Below, piece after piece: positions 1-13,421 of a stretch of DNA of 64,000 nucleotides. The notes under the pieces were generated by a model that saw only the letters and a list, made by a program, of their open reading frames with translations, was not told the origin of the DNA and made no database searches. Position 1 is the stretch's first letter, and each line of letters begins with the position of its first letter. Source of the stretch: an uncultured Verrucomicrobiae bacterium (GTDB taxonomy: Bacteria; Verrucomicrobiota; Verrucomicrobiia; Opitutales; JABDGR01); assembly GCA_963765205.1 (NCBI GenBank), contig CAVXVB010000004.1:96001-160000 (forward strand), read 5' to 3'. The position numbers and the translations under genes were made by a program.

Positions 1-1
1 G

Positions 2-544
2 CGCGCGCAATTCAAAAACGCCCTGCGCGGCGGCGACGTGGAGCCGCTCGTCCACCGGATGCCTGTGCGGCGCGGGGAAAATTTGTTCGTGCCCAGCGGG
101 CGGCTGCACGCGATTGACGCGGGGTTGCTGATTCTGGAGATCCAGCAGAATTCGGACACGACCTATCGTGTTTACGACTGGGGGCGCGTCGGCCTTGACG
201 GGAAACCGCGCGCGCTGCACGTGGAGGAATCGCTGCGGAGCGTGGACTTCGCGGATTTCGAACCGGCAGTGCTCAAGGCGGGGAAAAAGGCGGCCGTGCT
301 GGCGGATTGCGCGCATTTCCGCATCCGCCGCGTGCCTTTGGCGAAAGGCGCGAAACTGAATTTTGCCGCGCGCGAGCAACCACGCATCGTGTCCGTCGTG
401 CAAGGCCGGTTGGCGAGCGACGACCCGGCGCATTCCGAACTTGAGCGTGGCGCGAATGCATTGGTGCCATTTGCCAGCGCAGTGGAATTTCGCGCCCTCA
501 CGCCAAGTGTTGTGCTAGTGACGGAAAATTTCGCAGGCAGGTAG
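2..544 (+). CDS. Type I mannose-6-phosphate isomerase-like cupin protein, 5'-partial
   Basis: Frame open from position 2; motif VPSGRLHAIDAGLLILEIQQNSDTTYRVYDWGR typical of PMI type I. Confidence 0.85.
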   Translation, partial: RAQFKNALRGGDVEPLVHRMPVRRGENLFVPSGRLHAIDAGLLILEIQQNSDTTYRVYDWGRVGLDGKPRALHVEESLRSVDFADFEPAVLKAGKKAAVLADCAHFRIRRVPLAKGAKLNFAAREQPRIVSVVQGRLASDDPAHSELERGANALVPFASAVEFRALTPSVVLVTENFAGR

Positions 545-560
545 TATGGCAATTTCGTAA

Positions 561-622
561 TTTTGCGTCTTCTGCGTTTTTTGTGGTAAATTTTCACCGC
601 ATAAAACGCAGAAGACGCAAAA
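561..622. repeat. Palindromic REP-like element / probable bidirectional terminator
   Basis: TTTTGCGTCTTCTGCGTTTTTTGTGGT pairs with ACCGCATAAAACGCAGAAGACGCAAAA; lies between convergent genes; same arms recur at 7315-7390. Confidence 0.75.
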
Positions 623-640
623 TGGGAATTCACCAGCCGG

Positions 641-1819
641 TCACTGCTTGGCTGGTGTGTTCGTCGTATCCGCCGTCGGAGCCGGTGCGGTCGCTGCGGG
701 CGGCGCGGCGGGGGCGCGGAAGGCGCGCTCGACGGTGTCGGTCGGGTCAACGTCCACCGGCTGGTCGCGCCAAAGCCAGCGCATCATGTCGGGGAAAATC
801 GCGCCGCCCATTTTTTGGCCGTGGTTGTTGATGCCCCAGGCGTAATTGACCTCGTAGCCCTTCTTCGTCAGCGCCTCCATCAAGCGGACGTTTTGGAGGA
901 ACCAGTCGTTGTTGGGCCGGCCGGGAGTGCGGTTGTCGTTGCGGCCGTCCTGCATGAAGATGCGGATGGGTTTTTTGTCGGCGGCGGCGACCAACTCCGG
1001 GTAAATGTATTCGCCTTTCAGGTCGGTGAAGCTGCCGACGATGGTGATAACTTTGTGGAAATCATCCGGGCGAAACCACGCCACGCCGAACGCCGCGCAG
1101 CCGCCGGAGCTGGCGCCCATGATGCCGTGCAGGTCGGGGTCGGGGGAGATGTTGTAATCTTTTTTCAGCGCGGGCATGATTTCGTCCACGATGACGCGGG
1201 CGTATTTGTCATTGGGCGCGTTGTATTCCTCGGGGCGATTGGTGGTTTTATCGCCCCAGCCGCCGTCCGGCTCAGGCGGTTCCGGCTGGTCGGGACGGCG
1301 GCCGGGGTTGATAAACACACCGAGCATGACGGGGATTTCGTGCCGGAAGATGAGATTGTCGAGCACGTTCTGCGCCTGGATGTCGCCCGGCTCAGCCATC
1401 ATGGCCTGCCCGTCGTTGAAGATCATGAGGGCGGTGGGTTTTGCCGGGTCGTATTGCGCGGGCACATAGACGTAGTAGGTGTGCTGGGTGCCGGGAAAAA
1501 CCTGGGAGGGAAGGTAGGTCGGCCCGACAAATTTGCCCTTGGGCACGCCGTCCATGGGCTGCGAATCGGGGCCGAGCTTGTAGAAGGCGTCGTTGTTGAC
1601 CATTTTCCTATCCACCATTTGGGAGTTGGGCGAGGGGCCGCCGCCCCGGCGTCCGGCCCCGCGCGCAGGAGCCGCCGGCGCGGAAGCGGAAGCGGCGGCG
1701 GGTGCGGGAGCAGCAGACGAAGCAGCCGCCGAGGCGGCGGCGGGGGCGGCCCCGGCCTGGGCGAAGGCCGCAGACCCGGCGAGCAAAAACACCAGCGGGG
1801 TAATGAGGAGTGTTTTCAT
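641..1819 (-). CDS. Secreted alpha/beta-hydrolase, enterochelin esterase (Fes)-like family
   Basis: Signal peptide, Ala/Pro-rich linker, [13 protein letters not shown], nucleophile elbow GASSGG. Confidence 0.8.
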   Translation of the reverse strand: MKTLLITPLVFLLAGSAAFAQAGAAPAAASAAASSAAPAPAAASASAPAAPARGAGRRGGGPSPNSQMVDRKMVNNDAFYKLGPDSQPMDGVPKGKFVGPTYLPSQVFPGTQHTYYVYVPAQYDPAKPTALMIFNDGQAMMAEPGDIQAQNVLDNLIFRHEIPVMLGVFINPGRRPDQPEPPEPDGGWGDKTTNRPEEYNAPNDKYARVIVDEIMPALKKDYNISPDPDLHGIMGASSGGCAAFGVAWFRPDDFHKVITIVGSFTDLKGEYIYPELVAAADKKPIRIFMQDGRNDNRTPGRPNNDWFLQNVRLMEALTKKGYEVNYAWGINNHGQKMGGAIFPDMMRWLWRDQPVDVDPTDTVERAFRAPAAPPAATAPAPTADTTNTPAKQ

Positions 1820-1905
1820 GGGGGTAGGAGATTATTTAACTTTAGCAGGGTAATGCGTCAAACTGATTGAAACCGTAGCTTGAAAGCCACGCCGATTGCT
1901 TGCGA

Positions 1906-2766
<861 letters not shown>

Positions 2767-2987
2767 TCAAAATTAGTTTCTTTAACGGGTGGTCCAGCGC
2801 GTTTATTTCAGATTTGCCGCCAAAAAATTCGAGCGCCGCCGTCACGACATCTTGGCAGAATCAAACCCAACCCAAATCTTAGCCCGCCCCCCGAACCGAG
2901 CAACGCCAAATAAGCAATTTCGATCATTTGAGTCTTAGCGTAACGGGGTGGCGGAAGGATTTATTTCAAAGAGGTGGAGCAGACGGC

Positions 2988-5465
2988 TCAAGGCGCGGTA
3001 TACGGCATCGTCGCGCTGGCGGCAATTTCCGCGTCCGTGGGCGGGGGTGTGGCATCGAGGGAGAGCGTGCCGGTTTGCAGGCCATCGGCGGAGGCGGTGA
3101 TGGTAATCTTGCCGCTGGCGGCGCTGGCGCGGACGAGCGCGAGCACGCGGCCATCTTTAACAGTGCGTTCGAGGCTGGGGAAAGGCGTGTGGTCGTCGAG
3201 TTTGCCGTTGTCGGTGGCGACGATCACGCCGGGACCTTGCACGGCAAATTTCACCGAGGTGTCCCACGACGGCACGCGCACGCCCTTGGCGTCGGTGATG
3301 GTGGCGCGGACGAAGACAACGTCATCGAAGTCGGGGCTGGCGGTGGTGCGGTCGGTGGTCAGGGTGATTTTCGCGGGGGCGCCGGCGGTTTGCAGAATAT
3401 CCGTGGCGACGTCCTTGCCGCCGTTGCGGCCGACGGCTTTTAGTTCGCCGGGTGCAAAGGCCATCTGCCATTGCCGGGGCTTGGCATTGGCTGGGAGCGG
3501 TTGGACGCCGAGGGACTGACCATTGAGGAACAGTTCGACTTCCTCGCAATTGCTGAAGACCTGCACGGTGGCCTGGGCATACGGGGTTTGTGGGGACCAA
3601 TCGTCCACCATCTTGACGCTGGCCGGCGGCGTGTCGCCACCCGCGCCAATTTCGGTGCGGTCATTGCTGCGCACGAGGTGAACCACGGGCTTGGTGGCCC
3701 ACCACGAGTCGCGTTCGAGGCCGTTGCCCTTGACCGCGAGGGTGCGATCCACCAGGCCGGAGCCGCTGGAAACATTGGGCCACGCGCCGCCGGGGTCGTC
3801 CACGTTGGGCTGCTTCGGCACAAAGCCCTCGCCGAGGTAATCAATGCCGTCCCACAGGAAGCATCCAGCGAGCTGCGGATGGTCGCGCAAAAACGCCCAG
3901 GTGGCCGGGTCCTGGTGTTCTTCCGTGTTGATGAGCTTGCGCGTCGGCACGTTCTGCTGGCTGTTGACCATGTAGGAGTCGCGATAGTTGCTGCCGATCA
4001 CGTCGAGCGTGTCCGCATAGCCGTTCGAGTAATCGTTGTTCCGATCCACTTGCAAAAGCGCCTGGGTGACTGGGCGGGAGGGGTCGTATTGGTGGAAGGC
4101 GGCGACCAGGCCCGTGAGAATGTCGCGGGTCTTTTGGTTGTTGCTCGAGTCGTGGATTTCATTGCCGGCGCTCCAGAGGATGATCGAGGGATGGTTGCGG
4201 TCGCGCAGCACGGCGTCGCGCAGGTCCTTGAGTGACCAGTCGTTGAAAAACATGCTATAGCCCTTTTCGGCGTTGGCCTTGGCAACCGTCCAATTGTCGA
4301 ACATTTCATCCATGACCAAAATGCCCATTTTGTCGCAGACTTCGAGCTCGACGGGGTTGGGCGGGTTGTGGGCGAAGCGGATGGCGTTCGCGCCGAGGGC
4401 CTTCATTGCGGCGAAGCGCTCCTCGTAAACGCTGCGCGGCACGGCTTCGCCGACGGCGCCGCCTTCCTCGTGCAGGCATACGCCGAGGATTTTAATGTTT
4501 TTATCATTCAGCCAGAAACCAGTGTCGGGCTTGAACTCGATTTTGCGGATGCCAAAGGCGCTGTTGGCGAGGTCGAGCACCTTGCCATTCTCGAGGACAC
4601 GGGCGATGGCTTGATACAGGCTGGGGTGATCCAAATCCCAAAGCTTGGGGTTGGCGACGGTAATATTCTGCTGGAAGGTCGCGCTTTGGCCGGGGGCGAT
4701 GGTTTGCGCGGCGCTGGTCGCGGTGGGCGCGGCCATTTTGTTGTTGGCGTCATGCACCATGGTCGCCAGGGAAAAACTGCCGGATGCGGTGGAATTATTT
4801 GTGACTGTGGTCTCGATGTGGACGGTCGCGGATTGCGCCGTGACAGCCGGCGTGGTGACGTAGAGGCCCCAAGTTTCGACATACACAGGGTCGGTGACGA
4901 CGAGGCGGACGTGGCGCTCAATCCCCGAGCCGGTGTAATAGCGCGACAGCGGCTCGATGGAGTTGTTCACGTTGACGTCCAGAACATTGGGCTTGTCCGG
5001 CCCAAAGGTGAGAAAGGGCGTCAGATCGTAATGCACGCTGGTATAGCCGTAGGGCCGCAGGCCGAGCGAATGGCCGTTGATGAAAACTTCGCCGTTGGAC
5101 ATGATGCCGTCGAATTGGATTTCCACGCGCTGGCCGGCATCGGTCGCGGGCAGGGTGAAAAATTTTCTGAATTGCGCGATGCCGGTCGGCAGGTAAGCCC
5201 CGCCGCGCTTCGACGGCGCGTCCGCACTGTATGGTCCGGCGATGGACCAGTCGTAGGGTAGATTGACGGTGGCCCAGGCGCTGAGGTCGGCGCCGGGCAA
5301 GTCGGTGCGGTGAAAGAGCCAGGAGGATTCGAGCGGGAGCGTCAGGCGCGCGCCGGCGGGGTTGGCGGGGATAGCCGTGATGTTGGCTGGCGAATTTTGG
5401 GCGGCGGCGGGCGTGGTCGCAGCGAGGAGAAAAAGCAACGAGAAGAGGGCGGGATGGGCTTTCAT
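2988..5465 (-). CDS. Secreted glycoside hydrolase family 2 (beta-galactosidase-like)
   Basis: Signal peptide from MKAHPALFS; GVCLH, RDRNHPSIILWSAGNE acid/base motif, C-terminal Ig-like domains. Confidence 0.9.
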   Translation of the reverse strand: MKAHPALFSLLFLLAATTPAAAQNSPANITAIPANPAGARLTLPLESSWLFHRTDLPGADLSAWATVNLPYDWSIAGPYSADAPSKRGGAYLPTGIAQFRKFFTLPATDAGQRVEIQFDGIMSNGEVFINGHSLGLRPYGYTSVHYDLTPFLTFGPDKPNVLDVNVNNSIEPLSRYYTGSGIERHVRLVVTDPVYVETWGLYVTTPAVTAQSATVHIETTVTNNSTASGSFSLATMVHDANNKMAAPTATSAAQTIAPGQSATFQQNITVANPKLWDLDHPSLYQAIARVLENGKVLDLANSAFGIRKIEFKPDTGFWLNDKNIKILGVCLHEEGGAVGEAVPRSVYEERFAAMKALGANAIRFAHNPPNPVELEVCDKMGILVMDEMFDNWTVAKANAEKGYSMFFNDWSLKDLRDAVLRDRNHPSIILWSAGNEIHDSSNNQKTRDILTGLVAAFHQYDPSRPVTQALLQVDRNNDYSNGYADTLDVIGSNYRDSYMVNSQQNVPTRKLINTEEHQDPATWAFLRDHPQLAGCFLWDGIDYLGEGFVPKQPNVDDPGGAWPNVSSGSGLVDRTLAVKGNGLERDSWWATKPVVHLVRSNDRTEIGAGGDTPPASVKMVDDWSPQTPYAQATVQVFSNCEEVELFLNGQSLGVQPLPANAKPRQWQMAFAPGELKAVGRNGGKDVATDILQTAGAPAKITLTTDRTTASPDFDDVVFVRATITDAKGVRVPSWDTSVKFAVQGPGVIVATDNGKLDDHTPFPSLERTVKDGRVLALVRASAASGKITITASADGLQTGTLSLDATPPPTDAEIAASATMPYTAP

Positions 5466-5485
5466 GGGGGTGGGAGGGGAATTAG

Positions 5486-7306
<1,821 letters not shown>

Positions 7307-7314
7307 GATTTTTT

Positions 7315-7390
7315 ACCGCAAAAAACGCAGAAGACGCAAAAAGCAAAAGATCAGGCCCGGAGGTTTTGCGTCTTCTGCGTTTTTTGTGGT
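7315..7390. repeat. Palindromic REP-like element / probable bidirectional terminator
   Basis: ACCGCAAAAAACGCAGAAGACGCAAAA ... TTTTGCGTCTTCTGCGTTTTTTGTGGT; same arms as 561-622 in the opposite order; between convergent genes. Confidence 0.75.
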
Positions 7391-7398
7391 AGATTTTT

Positions 7399-8565
7399 TC
7401 ACACGAATTTCGGCAGCCATTCGCGCAAAGCCAGCACCGCCGCCTGGAAGGTTTTCGGCTCCGGCAGGAGGCTGAGGGCGTGGTAGCCGGGGCCGGCCGG
7501 GTCAAAATCGAAAAAATAGCCGGGGTGGGCGAGCACGCCCGCTTGGTTCAGAACTTCCAACGCCAGCCATTCCTCGTCAATCCCGGCGGGGCGGCGCAGC
7601 AGGGCGGCCCAGCCGGCGTCGCGCGGCAGCACGGTAAAACCTTCCGGCCATTGACTGGCGGACAACGCCAGGAAGTTCCGCGCGAAGCGGACTTGGATTT
7701 GCGCGCGGATTTTTGCCCCGTGGCTGAACAATTGCGGCAGCGCGGCTTGGACGGGCGTGGCGGCGCTCAAGTAAGCGTCGCCGATGAAATCGAGCCGTGT
7801 GCGCGCCGCGGTGGCGAGTTCGGCCGGGCCGCCGGTGTGGATCCACGCGAGTTTCAAGTGCGGCAATCCGCAACTCTTTGAAATGCCGCCGAGAATAAAG
7901 GTCAGTGCCGGACCGGCAGGCGCGGCAAACGTGCGTGCGTGATTTTCCCAGCCGGGCGCGGGATAATCCAAAAATACCTCGTCCACGATGAGGGCGAGTT
8001 TGTGCTCGGCGCAGAAATTCATGATATGCGCTGCGTCATCGGGATGCAGAAATCCGCCGGTCGGGTTGTGCGGGTGAATGAGCGCGACCGCGCGGGTGGC
8101 GGGCGACAACGCGGCGGCCAGGGCGTCGAGGTCAACACGCCAATGGCATTCGGATTCATAAAACAGCGGAAAGAAATTGGTCTTCCAACCCTCCAGCGAG
8201 GCGAGATGCTCGATCAGGGGATAAGACGGCCGGGGCGCGAGGACCTCCACGCCGGGTTCGCCGAGGAGCTTGAACAGGAACCCGTAGGCTTCGCTGGTGC
8301 TGGCGGTGAGGTGCAAATATTCCGGGTCAATGGCCGCGCGGTGCTGCTGCTGGTAGTATTGCGCGATGGCGGCGCGCGCCGAGGGCAGCCCGCGCGGGTC
8401 GGGAGTGTAGGGCGCGGCGGCGCTTTCCGCGAGGGCTGCGGCAATTTCCGGCACGGGATAAGCGAAACCCGCCTGGGTTGGGTTGGCGAGTGTTAGGTCC
8501 AGCACCAGGCCGCCCGCCGCGCGTCGCGCGGCCACCGCCCGCGTGAGTGGGTTGTCCTCAAGCAC
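7399..8565 (-). CDS. PLP-dependent aminotransferase class I/II (start uncertain)
   Basis: PHNPTG, IVDEVF, GGISKSCGL (PLP lysine). Confidence 0.9.
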   Translation of the reverse strand: MLEDNPLTRAVAARRAAGGLVLDLTLANPTQAGFAYPVPEIAAALAESAAAPYTPDPRGLPSARAAIAQYYQQQHRAAIDPEYLHLTASTSEAYGFLFKLLGEPGVEVLAPRPSYPLIEHLASLEGWKTNFFPLFYESECHWRVDLDALAAALSPATRAVALIHPHNPTGGFLHPDDAAHIMNFCAEHKLALIVDEVFLDYPAPGWENHARTFAAPAGPALTFILGGISKSCGLPHLKLAWIHTGGPAELATAARTRLDFIGDAYLSAATPVQAALPQLFSHGAKIRAQIQVRFARNFLALSASQWPEGFTVLPRDAGWAALLRRPAGIDEEWLALEVLNQAGVLAHPGYFFDFDPAGPGYHALSLLPEPKTFQAAVLALREWLPKFV

Positions 8566-8719
8566 GGCCGGCAGCCGGGTGGAAAATGGAAAGGGAGGTT
8601 GCAGGTTTTCTACATCTTCAATGATTAAAAACGACGGAGTTGACTTTCAGCAATAAAGTAATCGAACAATTCAGCCATTCAACTTGCAACCCGCAACTTG
8701 CCAACCGGCAACCGCCTCC

Positions 8720-10045
8720 TCACGCTACGGCGGAATCCGCCTGCGCGGCCGGGTGCAATTCGTGGGCGGGCGCGGGGATGACATAGGGCCGCGCGGCTTC
8801 CAGCAGGCGGCGCGGAAGCAGGCCCTCGATATAGACGCCTTCGTCGCGCGGTTGCTCGCGGTGAACTGCGCCGGCCTCGTGCAGGCGGTTGATCAGGTCG
8901 TAGCGCGAATGGGGGATGAGCAGGGCTTGCGGCGTGGCCTCCTCGGCCACCAGGTCGTCAAGCTGTGCCAGCAGCACGCCCAGCCCCACGCGGGTGTGCG
9001 CGCTCAGGAAAAGAGCGCCGGGAAACTGGCCCTTGAGTTCGGTGAGGCGCAGCGGGTCGTCCACGCGGTCGAGCTTGTTAAAGACCGTGATAATGCGCGC
9101 ATGGTCTGCGCCGAGTTCGCGCAGCACGCTGAGCGTCGTTGCATGATGGGCGGCCGCTTCGGGGCTGGAGGCGTCCACGACGTGAATCAGCACGTCGGCG
9201 ACCAGGGCTTCTTCGAGAGTCGCCTTGAAGGCCTCGACCAAGCGGTGCGGCAGGCGGCGCACAAAGCCGACGGTATCGGTCAGCAGAAGAATGCGGCCGC
9301 TGGGCAGGCGCAGGCGGCGGGTGGCCGGGTCGAGCGTGGCGAACAATTTGTCCGCCGCCAGGACTTGCGCGCCGGTGAGGGCGTTGAGCAGCGACGATTT
9401 GCCTGCGTTGGTGTAACCGACGATGGCGGCGGTGGGTAGCGGCACGCGCAGGCGCTGGCGGCGCTGCACCCCGCGCTGCTTGCGCACGGTTTCCAAATCC
9501 GCGCGCAGGCGCTGGATGCGGTCGCGCACGATGCGCTGGTCGAGTTCGAGCTGGGTTTCGCCCTCGCCGCGCTGGTTGGCGCCGCCGCCGCGCTGGCGGG
9601 ACAGGTGGCTCCACGCCCGCCGCAGGCGCGGCATGAAATACTCGGCCTGGGCCAGCTCGACTTGCAGGCGCGCCTCGCGGGTGCGGGCGCGCGCGGCGAA
9701 GATGTCGAGGATGACTTCGTGGCGGTCAATCACGATCAGGCCGCATTCGGCCTCCCAATTGCGCTGCTGGGCGGGGTGCAGTTCGTCGTCGAAAATAATC
9801 AGCCCGCACTGGTGTTCCTTGGCCAGGGCGATAATTTCCGCGGTCTTGCCCGCGCCGAGCAGAAAGCGCGGGTTCGGCTCGCGCAGTTTCACGAGGATGC
9901 GCGTGGGCGCGACGATGCCGAGGTTGGCGGTCAGCTCGCCCAGTTCTTCCAGAAGCGCTTCGGCCTCCTCGCGTGATTGGCGGGCATTTTGCAGGCCAAG
10001 CAGGAGGGCGCGGGGCGCGGCGGCGTTCGCGGGAACGCTACTCAT
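8720..10045 (-). CDS. hflX: Ribosome-splitting GTPase HflX
   Basis: ILDIFAARARTREARLQVELAQ, GYTNAGKSSL, LFATLD, DTVGF, NKLD. Confidence 0.96.
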   Translation of the reverse strand: MSSVPANAAAPRALLLGLQNARQSREEAEALLEELGELTANLGIVAPTRILVKLREPNPRFLLGAGKTAEIIALAKEHQCGLIIFDDELHPAQQRNWEAECGLIVIDRHEVILDIFAARARTREARLQVELAQAEYFMPRLRRAWSHLSRQRGGGANQRGEGETQLELDQRIVRDRIQRLRADLETVRKQRGVQRRQRLRVPLPTAAIVGYTNAGKSSLLNALTGAQVLAADKLFATLDPATRRLRLPSGRILLLTDTVGFVRRLPHRLVEAFKATLEEALVADVLIHVVDASSPEAAAHHATTLSVLRELGADHARIITVFNKLDRVDDPLRLTELKGQFPGALFLSAHTRVGLGVLLAQLDDLVAEEATPQALLIPHSRYDLINRLHEAGAVHREQPRDEGVYIEGLLPRRLLEAARPYVIPAPAHELHPAAQADSAVA

Positions 10046-10209
10046 ACGCGCGGGGGTTGGTTTTCGCTCATGCCAAAATTCACGGTCGGGGTGGTCGGTC
10101 GGATTACAGCAATTAGTGTGCCCTCGAAGGCCGCGGATGTCAAGGCGGGGAAGAGGGGTATTGACGCATTTTGAAATTAAGCCCTGAAATCCACGGCAAC
10201 AGCCCTTGC

Positions 10210-10389
10210 TTAATCAGTCTTCTTTTTTCTAACAAAAGGGCAAAAGAACGGCCAAATACCACCTGCCATAAAACCACCAAGTGCTGCGCTTAGTGAGGCA
10301 TCCCATGTTTGTCTGCACAATAAGCACAATCCAAGCATAAGGACACCATTAACAACCATCGAGAATAGAAGAAAGGGGAAGTTTTTCAT
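10210..10389 (-). CDS. Small AT-rich putative membrane protein (59 aa), not in ORF track
   Basis: ATG..TAA frame MKNFPFLLFSMVVNGVLMLGLCLLCRQTWDASLSAALGGFMAGGIWPFFCPFVRKKKTD; two hydrophobic segments and basic tail. Confidence 0.45.
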   Translation of the reverse strand: MKNFPFLLFSMVVNGVLMLGLCLLCRQTWDASLSAALGGFMAGGIWPFFCPFVRKKKTD

Positions 10390-10521
10390 GGCTTCATACC
10401 GCCTTCTCTACAACCTTTTGGTCTAGTAGCGCAACAACTTCCTTAATCAAGGCGCGGAAGGGATTGCCTTTGGGCGCGTGCGTGGTTATGGGAGAAACCC
10501 GCACCCCGATTCGCCGCGATT

Positions 10522-12051
10522 ATGAAATTCCCCACCTGCTTCCGTCCACGGCTTTCCGCGCGCCTGGTGGTGGCGCTCATCGGCGTGGCGGCGGCGTTGT
10601 TCGGCGGGTGCGCGACACCGCGCGCGGTGGTGCCACCGGAATCCTATATCCCGCCGCCGCAAACTTATCCCTACACGCTGCCGCCCGGGCCGCGACCCGC
10701 GCCGCCGGTGATTGTGCCACCGCCGCCCACGCCCGCGCCGTCACCGGTCGGAGGTGCGCGTGTCCTGCTCGGCATTGATGTGCTGGCGGCGCAGCATTTT
10801 TCCATTCTCCAGGGCCAGCGGGTGGGGTTGCTGACGCACAAGGCGGGGGTTAACGCCGCGGGTGTGAGCACGATTGATGTTTTGCGCGCTGCGCCGGGCG
10901 TGAAACTGGTCGCGCTCTACGCGCCCGAGCACGGCCTTTATAGCGACTATGTGGCCGGGGCAAAAATGCCCAAGCAGCAAACGGACAAGAAAACGGGCCT
11001 GCCGGTTTATACGCTTTTTCAAACCAAGGACGGCCTGGTGGAGGGCGACTATCGGAAGCCGTCGCCGGACATGCTGCGCGACATTGACGTGATGGTGGTG
11101 GATTTGCAGGACCTCGGCACGCGCTCCTACACGTTCATCAGTTGCCTGCTTTGCACCATGGAGGCGTGCTTCGAGCAGAACAAAACCGTGGTCGTGCTGG
11201 ACCGGCCCAATCCGCTCGGCGGCCTCAAGGTCGGCGGCCCGATCATTGAGGACCAATGGATGAGCTACGTCGGCGCGTATCGCGTGCCCTACGTCTTCGG
11301 GCTGACCATTGGGGAATTGGCGCGCATCGCGAAGGACAACCCCGGGATGCTGCCGAAGCCGGGTTTGCTGTCGTCGCCTGTCTCGGCGCAATTGTTCACG
11401 GTGTCCCCGGGAGCATGGGCGCGCGGCAAGCTCGTCATCGTCCCGATGCAGGGCTGGAAGCGTTCCATGCTCTGGCCCGACACCGGCCTGCCATGGATTC
11501 CGACCTCGCCGAACATCCCGAACCCCGCGGCGGCCTTTGGCTACGGCTTGGTCGGCCTCGAGAGCGCGGCGGGTATCGGCCATTTCGGACTTGGTGTTGG
11601 CACGCCCTATCCGTTCCGGCTGTTGAATTATCCCGCCCGCCCGCCCGCGGAAGTCGCCCCCGCGCTGAACGCCCTCAAGCTCCCCGGCCTAAGTTTCAAA
11701 CCGCTGGTCTATGGCGACCGCAACGATAAGAGTGGCGTTTACATCACGATCACCGACTGGAATGCCGTGGACCCGACACGCCTTGCCTTCGAACTGATGA
11801 AGCTCGACGCCACTTGGACGCCGCAGAGCGACAACCCTTATGCGCGCGCGGCGCTGCCGAGGGCGGGGAAGGACGCACCGAATGAGGAGCGCGAGTTCAA
11901 CATCTACGCCGGCTCCAGCGCCTGGTGGGCCGCCATCACCACCCAAGGCCGCCACGCCGACGTCGCCAGCTTCTTCAAACTGTGGGACGCGCAGGACGCC
12001 GCCTTCCAGCAGTGGACGAAGAAGTGGTGGCTGTATCCGGAGGGAAAATGA
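10522..12051 (+). CDS. DUF1343 / exo-beta-N-acetylmuramidase NamZ (YbbC)-family lipoprotein
   Basis: Lipobox LFGGC; LGIDVL, RVGLLTH, APEHG, DLQDLGTRSYTF, VLDRPNPLGG, PTSPNIP. Confidence 0.88.
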   Translation: MKFPTCFRPRLSARLVVALIGVAAALFGGCATPRAVVPPESYIPPPQTYPYTLPPGPRPAPPVIVPPPPTPAPSPVGGARVLLGIDVLAAQHFSILQGQRVGLLTHKAGVNAAGVSTIDVLRAAPGVKLVALYAPEHGLYSDYVAGAKMPKQQTDKKTGLPVYTLFQTKDGLVEGDYRKPSPDMLRDIDVMVVDLQDLGTRSYTFISCLLCTMEACFEQNKTVVVLDRPNPLGGLKVGGPIIEDQWMSYVGAYRVPYVFGLTIGELARIAKDNPGMLPKPGLLSSPVSAQLFTVSPGAWARGKLVIVPMQGWKRSMLWPDTGLPWIPTSPNIPNPAAAFGYGLVGLESAAGIGHFGLGVGTPYPFRLLNYPARPPAEVAPALNALKLPGLSFKPLVYGDRNDKSGVYITITDWNAVDPTRLAFELMKLDATWTPQSDNPYARAALPRAGKDAPNEEREFNIYAGSSAWWAAITTQGRHADVASFFKLWDAQDAAFQQWTKKWWLYPEGK

Positions 12052-12222
12052 ATTTAACCCATTCGGCGCAAACACGCTCATACATTCCCATCATTCCCAG
12101 AAAAATCCTATGCTTCCCATCTATCGGGATCGGGATTATTTTTGCGCGGCTTTTTCATTCTCGGTTTTCGTGCCTAATTTCCTAGATTGCGCCCCGTCCG
12201 CTTTTGGGCAATCTTTTCCCGC

Positions 12223-12681
12223 ATGAAACGCACCCGGAAAAAAATCAGCGGCCTGACCCTGCTAGGACACTCGGAGGCCGCCGTGCCGCGGTCGCCCCGC
12301 CGCGCGCGGCTCGAGACGTTTCCGAACCCGAACTCCAAGCGCGATTACTGGATTCACCTCGACTGCCCCGATTTCACCTCGCTCTGCCCGGTGACGGGCC
12401 AGCCGGACTTCGCGCGCATTACCATTGATTACGTGCCGGACCAGGCCTGCCTCGAAACCAAGGCGCTGAAATTTTACCTCAACTCGTTCCGCAACGAACC
12501 GGCCTTCAACGAGGCGGTCATCAACCGCATCCTCGGCGACCTCGTGCGCGCCTGCCGGCCGCGCGTGCTCAAAATCGAGGGCAAATTCGCCGCGCGCGGC
12601 GGCCTCGCGCTCGCGGTCGTGGCCGAATTTCCCTCGGCGGGTGCCGCTGCCGGCGCGCCGAAAATGTGGCGCTTCAAATGA
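12223..12681 (+). CDS. queF: preQ1 synthase (7-cyano-7-deazaguanine reductase), unimodular type
   Basis: LETFPNP, FTSLCPVTGQPDFA, ETKALKFYLNSFRN. Confidence 0.93.
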   Translation: MKRTRKKISGLTLLGHSEAAVPRSPRRARLETFPNPNSKRDYWIHLDCPDFTSLCPVTGQPDFARITIDYVPDQACLETKALKFYLNSFRNEPAFNEAVINRILGDLVRACRPRVLKIEGKFAARGGLALAVVAEFPSAGAAAGAPKMWRFK

Positions 12682-13364
12682 AGACCGTGGTGCTGCTCAG
12701 CGGCGGAATGGACTCGACCGCCGCGCTTTACGAGGCCCGCGCGCGGCACGAGGTCGCCGCCGCGCTCAGTTTCGATTACGGCTCGAAGCACAATCACAAA
12801 GAAATCCCCTGCGCGGCGTGGCACTGCCGGAAATTGCAAATCCCGCACCAGGTCATCGCGCTGGATTTCGTGCCCGCGCTGTTTGCGTCCGCGCTGCTCA
12901 AGTCCGGCGGCGATATTCCCGACGGCCATTACGAGGAGGCGACAATGAAGCAGACGGTCGTGCCGTTCCGCAACGGCATCATGCTCGCCATCGCGGCGGG
13001 CTATGCGGAGTCCCTCGGCGCGCAGGGGCTGGTCATCGCGGCGCACGCGGGCGACCACGCGATTTATCCCGATTGCCGCGAGGCGTTCATGCAGGCGATG
13101 GCCGACGCGATGCGCCTGGGCACCTACGCGGGCATCGAATTGTTGCGTCCATTTATAAATTTCACCAAGGCGCAAATCGCCGCGCGCGGCCACGAACTCG
13201 GCGTGGATTTTTCGCAAACCTGGTCCTGCTACAAAGGCGGCGAAGTTCATTGTGGAACCTGCGGCACCTGCGTCGAGCGCCGCGAGGCCTTCCTCCTCGC
13301 GCACCTCCCCGACCCGACGGTTTACGCCAGCACCGCGCCGTTGCCGAAAAGGCCCATAATTTAG
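12678..13364 (+). CDS. queC: 7-cyano-7-deazaguanine synthase
   Basis: LSGGMDS, VPFRNGIML, YPDCR, TWSCY..CGTCGTC; ATGA overlap with queF. Confidence 0.96.
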   Translation: MKTVVLLSGGMDSTAALYEARARHEVAAALSFDYGSKHNHKEIPCAAWHCRKLQIPHQVIALDFVPALFASALLKSGGDIPDGHYEEATMKQTVVPFRNGIMLAIAAGYAESLGAQGLVIAAHAGDHAIYPDCREAFMQAMADAMRLGTYAGIELLRPFINFTKAQIAARGHELGVDFSQTWSCYKGGEVHCGTCGTCVERREAFLLAHLPDPTVYASTAPLPKRPII

Positions 13365-13421
13365 CGGCAAAAGCATGGAAAATTATCGCATCAATACTAT
13401 CAGTTGCATCATATATTCACT

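Noticed and set aside
12052..12222. Possible preQ1 riboswitch upstream of queF
   Set aside because: No preQ1-I hairpin with an A-rich tail is visible; only degenerate TTCCCAT repeats. An Infernal search would settle it.
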